Part shown: piece after piece, positions 38,227 to 46,181 of the stretch
Layout of the letters: each line of letters starts with the position of its first letter
How positions within the stretch are numbered: the stretch's first letter is position 1
IMG/VR virus record: IMGVR_UViG_3300020409_001194
Span: 1 to 64,000 of that record
DNA length: 64,000 bases
DNA from: a virus
Taxonomy: Duplodnaviria > Caudoviricetes
Strand: one strand, 5' to 3'
The notes under the pieces: model-generated
What the model saw: the letters and a program-made list of their open reading frames with translations, nothing else
What the model was told of the DNA's origin: nothing
Database searches by the model: none
Program-made: the position numbers and the translations under genes

Positions 38227-38523
38227 ATGCCAGAAGTCACTCGTCTAGATGATAAACATGTAGGTCACGCAAGTCCTACACCAAATCCATTTCATCAAAC
38301 TGCTTATGTAGGTGGTTCAGATAATGTGTTTGCTAATGGTAAGAATGTAATGAGAGCTAATCAAGATTCTACATCTTGTGGTGATCCTGCAACTGGTGGT
38401 TCTGGAACTGTGTTTGTAAATAATAAACCTGTGCATAGAAAAGGAGATGCAACTGGTGGTCATGGTAGTTGGGTACCAAACTCTTCTGCTGAAGGTTCAC
38501 CTGACGTTTTTGCTGGAGATTAA
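38227..38523 (+). CDS. PAAR spike-tip protein (gp5.4-like)
   Basis: R.DD.H.GH, GS.NVF.NG, CGD...GS.TVFVN.KP.HR.GD, GSPDVFAG. Confidence 0.88.
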   Translation: MPEVTRLDDKHVGHASPTPNPFHQTAYVGGSDNVFANGKNVMRANQDSTSCGDPATGGSGTVFVNNKPVHRKGDATGGHGSWVPNSSAEGSPDVFAGD

Positions 38524-38524
38524 T

Positions 38525-39706
38525 ATGGTTAAACAATGTGGTGCTAATGAAGCTTTAAAAGGTCTACAAGATAAGACTAAAGAAATGGCTGATACACTTA
38601 CTGATGCTGTTGATTTAGAAAAGTTAGAGGAATTCAAAGCAAAGGCTGAGGGTATAGCAGACGAAGTCAAAGGTAAATTAGTTTCTCAAATACCAAAACC
38701 AAAGAACCTGCAAGTTGAACTCGGTAAATTAGCTGAGGTCAAAGATGCCATTGGTGTAGGACTTGCTGTGGCTGCAATTGAAAAAGATTTTGCAAAAGGT
38801 TTAGCTGCTGGAGTTTTAACTGGTGCACTTAAGAATATTGTACCACCACTTTTACAGGGTGCAGCAGGTGTTGTTCAAGATGCGAAAGATGCTATATCAG
38901 ATGCGTTAGGCGGTAAAGAGTTTGATATATGTAAGAATATACCTAACCTTGAATTAGATGAAGATGGTGAGCCGGTTGAGAAAGCAAAAGTAGAGGCTAA
39001 GCCAAATGAGAAGGCAGACACACAAGAAAAAGTAGAACCTACTGTAGAAGATAATTCAAAGAAACCAAGCTCAGGTGGTGGAACGTTAACACTCGATGAA
39101 TTTAAAGCATTGAATAAAGAAATAAGTGAGGGTGCTGCTGCTATCATGGATGAGTATAATAAAGTCGGTAGTAAAGAGCCATACGGAAAAGCATTTACTA
39201 AGCAAGCAAACTTAGAGAGTCGAGAAAAAAATAAAGCAAACTTAAGAAACCTACAATTTACAATGAATGAACAAGGTTGGATGGATCCAGTAGATATGTT
39301 TATTAATAATGCTATGGATGAAGAAATTATAGATTGGTATTTCCCACATTATCAAACTATCGCAGATAAGTCTTATGCAAATGCTTTAGTATTTCAAATT
39401 AATGAAAATCTAAACTCAATAGAAGGTGGTTTAGAATATGCTGGAAAAGGTCTATATAAAATGTTTGATCAGGATGATTGGCACGACCATACCAAATATC
39501 CAAATATGTTCATTTACCAGTTTTTCAAGAATTCAAGGGATATTAAAATAAGAGATGCTCTTGGTTATGGTTTTAGAAAAGGAAATGAAAATATTGCTGA
39601 AGTACACGAAGCTTTATTTAAAAAAATATTAGATTATTATAAGTCTGATGAGGTGAAAGAGAAACTTGCAAAAAAACTAGAGTATCAGAAAGAGTTATTT
39701 AGTTAA
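38525..39706 (+). CDS. Hypothetical protein following PAAR
   Basis: Start MVKQCG with GGAG RBS; helical N-half with CG and DICKNIPN, variable C-half. Confidence 0.55.
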   Translation: MVKQCGANEALKGLQDKTKEMADTLTDAVDLEKLEEFKAKAEGIADEVKGKLVSQIPKPKNLQVELGKLAEVKDAIGVGLAVAAIEKDFAKGLAAGVLTGALKNIVPPLLQGAAGVVQDAKDAISDALGGKEFDICKNIPNLELDEDGEPVEKAKVEAKPNEKADTQEKVEPTVEDNSKKPSSGGGTLTLDEFKALNKEISEGAAAIMDEYNKVGSKEPYGKAFTKQANLESREKNKANLRNLQFTMNEQGWMDPVDMFINNAMDEEIIDWYFPHYQTIADKSYANALVFQINENLNSIEGGLEYAGKGLYKMFDQDDWHDHTKYPNMFIYQFFKNSRDIKIRDALGYGFRKGNENIAEVHEALFKKILDYYKSDEVKEKLAKKLEYQKELFS

Positions 39707-39726
39707 TGCTCTTGCAAGAGCACTTT
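39707..39726 (+). terminator. Possible hairpin/terminator
   Basis: Palindrome TGCTCTTGCAAGAGCA followed by CTTT, right after stop codon. Confidence 0.35.
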
Positions 39727-39730
39727 CCTA

Positions 39731-39738
39731 TATAAATA
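39731..39738 (+). promoter_or_regulatory. T4-type late promoter TATAAATA (lysis operon)
   Basis: Exact consensus, followed by GAGG RBS and ATG. Confidence 0.75.
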
Positions 39739-39752
39739 GATAGAGGTAAATT

Positions 39753-39929
39753 ATGAATATATTTCAAAAAATTTGGAGGGTAATTGTTCCTCCTAAAGTA
39801 AAGCCAGTTTCAGAACTTAAAGAGATGACGAAACTTGAGCTTGAAGAATATGGTCGTATGTTTGGTTATGAAGTAGACAGGCGTTTAACTAAAGATAAAA
39901 TCATAAAACAAGTAAGCAAACTCAAATAG
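39753..39929 (+). CDS. Small protein with Rho-N/HeH-like motif
   Basis: Manual translation MNIFQKIW...MTKLELEEYGRMFGYEVDRRLTKDKIIKQV. Confidence 0.5.
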   Translation: MNIFQKIWRVIVPPKVKPVSELKEMTKLELEEYGRMFGYEVDRRLTKDKIIKQVSKLK

Positions 39930-39940
39930 AGAGGTAAACT

Positions 39941-40390
39941 ATGTTGACATTATTGTCCACGCTGTTAGGATTCGGAACTTCATTTGTTCCTAAGATTTTG
40001 GATTTCATGCAAGATCGAAAGGATAAGTCACACGAACTAGCTGTCATGGAAATGCAAATGGAAAGAGAAGCTAATCTTGCTACTTACAAAGCAGAAGCTA
40101 TGATGCAAGCTGCAGAAGTACAAAGAGATTCTCAATTACTAGTGCATGACACAGAGACAGGTAAAGGTGCTTCACAATGGATTACGAATTTAAGATCTTC
40201 TGTCAGACCAATAATTACATACTTATTCTTTGCAATTTTCTTCTTTGTAGAAGGTGTTGCTGCGTATGTAGTATTGACACAAGGCGGAGATATTGAAGCA
40301 ATCACACAAGCATTATGGTCAGAAGAAACACGTTCAATCTTCGCTGCTATAGTAGCTTTTTGGTTTGGTTCAAGAGCAATTAAAAAATAG
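39941..40390 (+). CDS. Putative holin (3TM/GTA type)
   Basis: LRSSVRPIITY, TM helices, FWFGSR; upstream of lysozyme. Confidence 0.7.
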   Translation: MLTLLSTLLGFGTSFVPKILDFMQDRKDKSHELAVMEMQMEREANLATYKAEAMMQAAEVQRDSQLLVHDTETGKGASQWITNLRSSVRPIITYLFFAIFFFVEGVAAYVVLTQGGDIEAITQALWSEETRSIFAAIVAFWFGSRAIKK

Positions 40391-40399
40391 GAGTATATT

Positions 40400-40597
40400 A
40401 TGAAAGCGGAATTAAACATTCGTGACGTAGCGGATTGTATTAAAATTATAGATATATGTGCTAAACGAGGAGCATTCGATGGCATGGAAATGGAAGCTGT
40501 GGGCAAAGTCAGAAACAGACTCGAAGCCTTCACACAAGCGTACACAGAAGCAAACCCACCAAAAGAATCAGATGAGCAACCCGACGAAGGTAAGTGA
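40400..40597 (+). CDS. Small conserved phage protein
   Basis: IIDIC.KRGAF.G.E...VG; AGGAG RBS. Confidence 0.6.
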   Translation: MKAELNIRDVADCIKIIDICAKRGAFDGMEMEAVGKVRNRLEAFTQAYTEANPPKESDEQPDEGK

Positions 40598-41054
40598 TAA
40601 CTGTATAAGAATGATTAAACACCATGAAGGTGTGAGACAACAGCCATATCAAGACCCAATAGGTTTATGGACTGTAGGTGTTGGTCATCTTATAGGTGAT
40701 GGTAAAAAACTTCCTAAGGAATGGAACAAGACATTTACTATGGAAGAAGTAGATAATATTTTAAAAGCTGATTTAGCTCGATTTGAAAGAGGTGTTAATA
40801 CACTTATTCCAATTACAAGACTTACACAAAATCAATTTGATGCTTTAGTATCTTTTTCATTTAATGTTGGATTAGGTAATCTACAAGCATCTACACTCAG
40901 ACAGAAGCTTAATCGTGGAGATTATGAAGGAGCTGGCAATGAGTTTCCAAAATGGAGAAAAGCTGGCGGTAAAGTTTTACCTGGATTAGTAAGACGAAGA
41001 GCTGATGAGAAGAATTTATTTATGTCTGATGTTATCCACGCAATAGGATATTAA
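40572..41054 (+). CDS. GH24 lysozyme (endolysin)
   Basis: HEG....YQD..G.WTVGVGH (E-8-D-5-T), QNQFDALVSFSFNVG, GLVRRR..E. Confidence 0.93.
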   Translation: MSNPTKVSDNCIRMIKHHEGVRQQPYQDPIGLWTVGVGHLIGDGKKLPKEWNKTFTMEEVDNILKADLARFERGVNTLIPITRLTQNQFDALVSFSFNVGLGNLQASTLRQKLNRGDYEGAGNEFPKWRKAGGKVLPGLVRRRADEKNLFMSDVIHAIGY

Positions 41055-41356
41055 ACACCAAAACTTTCACCACAACCACATGCGGCTGTAGCATTAGGAT
41101 TGTTTATTACTAATTGTGAACCAGCAAACTGTTCAACATAATCTATTTCAGAACCATAGATATACATCTCAGCAATCTTATCTACAACAATAGTATCTTC
41201 AATTAGTACACCATCATCTGTTGAATCTGTAAATGTCCATGAATATTCAAAGCCAGCACAACCACCACCTTTCATAGATAGATGCGCGTACTTTTTATCC
41301 TGATTACTAATTTTTTCAGTAATGTATTGTTTAGCTTGTGGAGTTATACTAAGCAT
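41051..41356 (-). CDS. iscA: A-type Fe-S carrier IscA/HesB
   Basis: GGGCAGFEY, NPNA..ACGCGESF. Confidence 0.93.
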   Translation of the reverse strand: MLSITPQAKQYITEKISNQDKKYAHLSMKGGGCAGFEYSWTFTDSTDDGVLIEDTIVVDKIAEMYIYGSEIDYVEQFAGSQLVINNPNATAACGCGESFGV

Positions 41357-41928
41357 TAATTAAAGGTCTTTCCTGTAAATTGAGCTGAACCGCCAGTGTC
41401 TTCAATTGTAAATGTATCAAATGAAGATACTGTTGTTCCACCTAATGTTAAAGAAGAACCTGTTATACTTGAAAATGTAGCTCTTGTAGCTGTCAGTGTA
41501 CTATTAGTATCAAATGTAAGATTAGGTAAATTGACATCTGTCATGAATGTAATAGTGCCAGAAGATTTTACATTCAGAGAACCTTCAATATCTACACTAC
41601 CTCTAAGATATGTTTTTCCTACTTGGTTTGTTGTACCGTAGTTAGTCCAGACATCATCAGAATCTGTACCATAGAATATTGCAGTACCATTAAAACTATC
41701 TGAATCAGAACCAAGATAAACACCACCCTGTTTAATATCAATGGTTGAACCTGTAAAGATGGTAGTACCTCTAATACCGACATTACCATTAAAGATAGAT
41801 TGGCCCGTCACTTCTAATCCAGGAAGTGTGACACTCTCTGGATTTTCAAAACCAGTTAAATTACCATCTTCATCAAATGATAATGAGCTGATTATATCTG
41901 CATGTTTTCTTGTTTTACTCTTAGCCAT
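41356..41928 (-). CDS. Putative fibre/virion structural protein
   Basis: MAKSKTR N-terminus, Thr/Gly/Ser beta-rich, DSD motifs, late promoter. Confidence 0.5.
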   Translation of the reverse strand: MAKSKTRKHADIISSLSFDEDGNLTGFENPESVTLPGLEVTGQSIFNGNVGIRGTTIFTGSTIDIKQGGVYLGSDSDSFNGTAIFYGTDSDDVWTNYGTTNQVGKTYLRGSVDIEGSLNVKSSGTITFMTDVNLPNLTFDTNSTLTATRATFSSITGSSLTLGGTTVSSFDTFTIEDTGGSAQFTGKTFN

Positions 41929-41941
41929 ATATTATTTAATC

Positions 41942-43186
41942 TTAACTAGGGTCCATAAACTGAAATGTAGCAACTGTTGAACCAGTTGCGTTTATAATAG
42001 TAAGGTTATACTTACTTGGTATTGATACTTTTTGACCAGCAAGTGTAAACCCATCACTATCAAAGTTTGCACGGCCTTCATTACCTTGTAATGATAGAGT
42101 ACCATCAGAGTCTGCAATATTACCAGTGACGGTCATATTAGTTCTTCTTGACCTATTTCCAAAACTGCCATCACCATCTGAATCATATAATGGTGCAATT
42201 TTAAATGTTCCAGTACCTGTAAGTGGACTTGAAGTAGAGTTTAAAAATCTTACATATGATTTACCAACTACTTGCTTTGGTTGAATAAATGAACTCATTG
42301 CTTGTTCATTTTGAGCATTCATATTTTGTCTGTTTTGACCACCTTTCTGTGTATCATAAGAGCCATCATCTTGTCTTTCAAGATAAAATCCCGAGTCTGA
42401 ATCTGAATCATCTCCTAAGAATCCGAATGTGACATCAGTTGCTTTAAAAATTACTTTACCTTGTAAGTCTAATGTACCAAAACTTACGAATACAGTATTC
42501 TCAGAGTCATGCACGTTTGCTGCACTTTTTGGATAACCAAATTGTAATGGTGTAGTTTCACCAGAAACTCTTGCAATATTGATAGTTTGACCACCTTGCT
42601 TTCTTCCAAAAATTACATTAGAACGCTCGACATATCTACCAATCTTCTTTTTTATTAGAAAATCATTTGCAATGCTCGTGCCATTTGCATAGAGTGAATC
42701 AGAATCCAGTGGAAACTTTCTATGCGCGTTTATCATATTATAAACTCTATCAGTAGTTGGGAAAATATTATCATCTCCCTTAAATAAGTATTGTCCTTTG
42801 AATGTTGTAGTTGTATCTGAATCTGAACCTAAAATAGCATCACGAAAACCTGACCTATAAAACTGCGTGATTTCTGCTGCATTAGGGAACATTTCACCAA
42901 CAATAGGGTTATTAGTAGAAGAAAATCTATTGTATAAGTCTGAATCTGGTTGATTTTGTAAACCCTGTAGAATTCCTCTCGATGTCCTGTAAAAATCGTC
43001 TGTCTCATTTGAATTGTGTGCTATCTGGAAACGACCTACGTTAAGCTTTCCAAATTTTATTGATGTATTATTACTGTTTCCAAAAATTACGGCATCAGAA
43101 TCATCAGACAAATAGAACTTACCACCAGGACCAGTGGGATTTGAGATATTTGCTACTCTTCTTGTTTTAGATATTTTTCGTGCCAT
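41942..43186 (-). CDS. Putative fibre/virion structural protein, DSD-rich
   Basis: ISKTRR N-terminus, about 10 DS[DE]. Confidence 0.5.
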   Translation of the reverse strand: MARKISKTRRVANISNPTGPGGKFYLSDDSDAVIFGNSNNTSIKFGKLNVGRFQIAHNSNETDDFYRTSRGILQGLQNQPDSDLYNRFSSTNNPIVGEMFPNAAEITQFYRSGFRDAILGSDSDTTTTFKGQYLFKGDDNIFPTTDRVYNMINAHRKFPLDSDSLYANGTSIANDFLIKKKIGRYVERSNVIFGRKQGGQTINIARVSGETTPLQFGYPKSAANVHDSENTVFVSFGTLDLQGKVIFKATDVTFGFLGDDSDSDSGFYLERQDDGSYDTQKGGQNRQNMNAQNEQAMSSFIQPKQVVGKSYVRFLNSTSSPLTGTGTFKIAPLYDSDGDGSFGNRSRRTNMTVTGNIADSDGTLSLQGNEGRANFDSDGFTLAGQKVSIPSKYNLTIINATGSTVATFQFMDPS

Positions 43187-43192
43187 AACATT

Positions 43193-43594
43193 CTAAAAAT
43201 TAAAAATTCTTGGTATATCTTTTGTGTTGTCATTTATATCAGATGGTCCTTGCAATGCATCTCTTATGGCACCAGTTGTAGCACCACCACCTCTCACAAG
43301 ACCAGATCCTGAAACTTTTAGATCTGCATTGGAGGCATTGTTTACTATACCGCCACCTGAACCAAAGCCACCAGAACCTAAAATATTTCCATCTACTATG
43401 ACTTTAATATAAGTTGCCTTTGAAAAATGTGGTATTGTGAGTGCTGATATTCCAGGTAATGATGTAAGATTTACACCTTCTGGAATTTCTATAATTACTG
43501 ATGAAACGGATGTTCTTTCAACTTCAGATGGTTCTACAATATAACCAACTTGATCTGATGTGATTTTTTTATAGTATTGAGAATGTACATGCAT
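43193..43594 (-). CDS. Gly-rich protein, gp38-adhesin-like
   Basis: Likely start MHVHSQ; VIIEIPEGV, GNILGSGG.G.GGG, G.VRGGG resemble gp38-type fibre-tip segments. Confidence 0.4.
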   Translation of the reverse strand: MHVHSQYYKKITSDQVGYIVEPSEVERTSVSSVIIEIPEGVNLTSLPGISALTIPHFSKATYIKVIVDGNILGSGGFGSGGGIVNNASNADLKVSGSGLVRGGGATTGAIRDALQGPSDINDNTKDIPRIFNF

Positions 43595-43595
43595 T

Positions 43596-44036
43596 TTAGC
43601 CTGCCGATGCTTCAGTGAAGAACCATTTACTACCGTCAAATGTTCCTGAAGCCATCTTAGCAGAATCGCCTAATGTTGTTCCTTTAGCTCCGGTTCCCCA
43701 ATCAATTGTTAATGTACCATTTGAAACGATGGATAATTGTGAACCTGTAATCCAACCAGAAGTAGGAACTGTGACTGTACCAACACCAGTATGAATTACT
43801 GTTGTCACAAAACTTCCAGCAATGACATTATCATTCGCTGTTAAATTCTGTACGCTTCCTAGAGACCCAGACATTGCAATACTGTTAGCAGCAATATCAC
43901 CAGAACTTACATTACCACTCACATTGAGAGTGCTAGATGTAATACCTTGAGTAATGATATTAGTTATATCAGCATTCGCATCTTGTTGTATAAGATTTGG
44001 TAATTCTGCGAATCTTCTAGTTTTTGATTTTGCCAT
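43596..44036 (-). CDS. Putative short fibre protein
   Basis: MAKSKTR N-terminus, AGGAG RBS, ends FDGSKWF. Confidence 0.5.
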   Translation of the reverse strand: MAKSKTRRFAELPNLIQQDANADITNIITQGITSSTLNVSGNVSSGDIAANSIAMSGSLGSVQNLTANDNVIAGSFVTTVIHTGVGTVTVPTSGWITGSQLSIVSNGTLTIDWGTGAKGTTLGDSAKMASGTFDGSKWFFTEASAG

Positions 44037-44056
44037 AATTTCTCCTACTATATTTA

Positions 44057-46168
44057 TTATCCACTTTCACGTTTGAACCAAACCTGTACATTCATTTGTA
44101 TTGGGTCAATTGGGTTTGAACTTGCATCCCAGGTTCTTACTCTGATTGCTCTATTATTTGGATTTGCTATAAGTGGTTTACCACCAAATACATCAATTGT
44201 TAAACCTGTATCTGAATCTGCTCCAGGACCAGGTGCTACTGCATTTGTTCCTTGAGCATCAATTGATGAGAATATAGGCTGACCTTGAGGTGCACATGTT
44301 GATACTGCCATTGACATATAGAATCCATTTGTATCATTTACTGGTACAACCTCAGAATCTAATAAGAAGTAATATACACCTTCAGCGTGTCTTGAATATT
44401 TTAATTGATCTGAGTCAAAACCAAATGTTGCTCTATCAATAATTTTATTTGGATTAGGACCATTATCTGAGTCAAATGATACTCTCAACCATGCTGCTGT
44501 TAGTGGAGTTTCTCTAATTGCATCTGCAAATTGGTGTGTCCATTGACCACCTGAATATACTAATGCTTCACCAATTCCAGGTTGTTGACCATCGACTGCT
44601 TCATCTACATTTGATAGCTGACCAAGAGAACTTACACCAGCAGTTGGACCACTAAATGAGTATACTGCAACAAAGTCATTTACATTTAGTTTTGTTGGGA
44701 ATAATATGTCATTTCCATTTACCTGATACTCAAGCACTGGTACTTGTGATAATAGTAATCCATTCAGGAATACCAATACGTTTTGTGGGTCATTTGAAGT
44801 TTGTAATACTGGTGAACAATCTACTAATCCAGTTGTAAATCCTGGATGATCAGAATCATTTACTGTAAATGTATGTTCTAATGTTTGGAATGCTTCTGAT
44901 GGTAATCTGTTTCCACCTAATTGGTTTGATACGTTTCTTATCCATACAGCGGATAATTCATCTGAATCTTTAACATAGTTATCTGAATCAAATGCAATCA
45001 TTCTAGATGCTGCATATTCTGCTATTTGATCTGAGTCAGAATCATAAAAATAGAAATCTCCTTGTGCTTGTGATAGATTAATACCATTTAAGAATATAAG
45101 TGGATTACCACCAACACGAGCAACAATAAAGTCAGAATCATTATAGATATCTGAATCTATCATTCTAAATGTTTGGTGAGTACCATTTGCACTTTGTGTT
45201 AAATTACGTGATTTTCTGTAGACAACAAAATCTGAATCTGCAAATCTAAAGTTCTTGTAGAAGTGAGCTACAGTTTCATCAATAGGTGATATAATAGAAA
45301 CTTCATCATTTGCTTTTAAACTACCATAAAATTTTATTGCATCTGATGGACCAGAAACTACCTGATCAACATCTTTAGTTGTGACATTCGCAAGTATCTT
45401 ATAATCAATGAATGCATACTTATCTGAATCTGAATCTCTTGTTGTGGTACCCGCACCAGTGGGAGAACGACCATCTCCAAATGCATCTGAATCAACTGGT
45501 TGTAGGTGACCATTTACAAATACAACGGCATTTGCATTTGAAATTACTTTTGAGAAACCAATCTTTGTATCTGAATCTGTAATTGATTGTGGTGATACTG
45601 CCGCTGATTGAAAGTCAATTGTGAAATTACCAGTCGCATCCGGATCTTGTGGTTCATACTTATTACCAGTCCATCTTAAATATTGTCCAACAGTTGGACC
45701 TTTGTCAGCATTCATATCACTCATTAATCGAGTGGCCATTTCAGCTTGTAATTCTTTTAGTTTAGGGTTATAGTTTATATTTGTTGTTGCTAAATCACTT
45801 CTACTCTTTGCTACCACTGCATTTACAAGAGCATCCATAAAATCACTATCAAAGTGTTGACCAGATCTTATATTTACTGTTGCTGCTGTGTCAATAGCTA
45901 CTTTTCTGTTAGCATCTTTCTGTACTTTTTCAAATACAATTTTATCTTTAATTTTTGTTGAATGTCTTGTTTCAATTGTGGGATTAGCCTGATCAGGTTT
46001 TACTACAAAGATATCACTATCTTTTCCTGAATCATAACTTGCATTATCTCTTTTAACGGATAACGTAGTAAATGTTTCAATTGTATTATCACTATCAATA
46101 CGTGATTTAGTTCCGTCTACAACAAATCCAGCACCTAATTTTGATAAATCTCTTGTCTTTGTACCCAT
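44057..46168 (-). CDS. Putative tail fibre/appendage protein, DSD-rich
   Basis: GQYLRWTGNKYEP and LGQLSNVD...GEALVYSGGQW fibre repeats, three V/IFxNG domains, about 19 DS[DE]. Confidence 0.6.
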   Translation of the reverse strand: MGTKTRDLSKLGAGFVVDGTKSRIDSDNTIETFTTLSVKRDNASYDSGKDSDIFVVKPDQANPTIETRHSTKIKDKIVFEKVQKDANRKVAIDTAATVNIRSGQHFDSDFMDALVNAVVAKSRSDLATTNINYNPKLKELQAEMATRLMSDMNADKGPTVGQYLRWTGNKYEPQDPDATGNFTIDFQSAAVSPQSITDSDTKIGFSKVISNANAVVFVNGHLQPVDSDAFGDGRSPTGAGTTTRDSDSDKYAFIDYKILANVTTKDVDQVVSGPSDAIKFYGSLKANDEVSIISPIDETVAHFYKNFRFADSDFVVYRKSRNLTQSANGTHQTFRMIDSDIYNDSDFIVARVGGNPLIFLNGINLSQAQGDFYFYDSDSDQIAEYAASRMIAFDSDNYVKDSDELSAVWIRNVSNQLGGNRLPSEAFQTLEHTFTVNDSDHPGFTTGLVDCSPVLQTSNDPQNVLVFLNGLLLSQVPVLEYQVNGNDILFPTKLNVNDFVAVYSFSGPTAGVSSLGQLSNVDEAVDGQQPGIGEALVYSGGQWTHQFADAIRETPLTAAWLRVSFDSDNGPNPNKIIDRATFGFDSDQLKYSRHAEGVYYFLLDSEVVPVNDTNGFYMSMAVSTCAPQGQPIFSSIDAQGTNAVAPGPGADSDTGLTIDVFGGKPLIANPNNRAIRVRTWDASSNPIDPIQMNVQVWFKRESG

Positions 46169-46181
46169 AGTCTATTTAATC

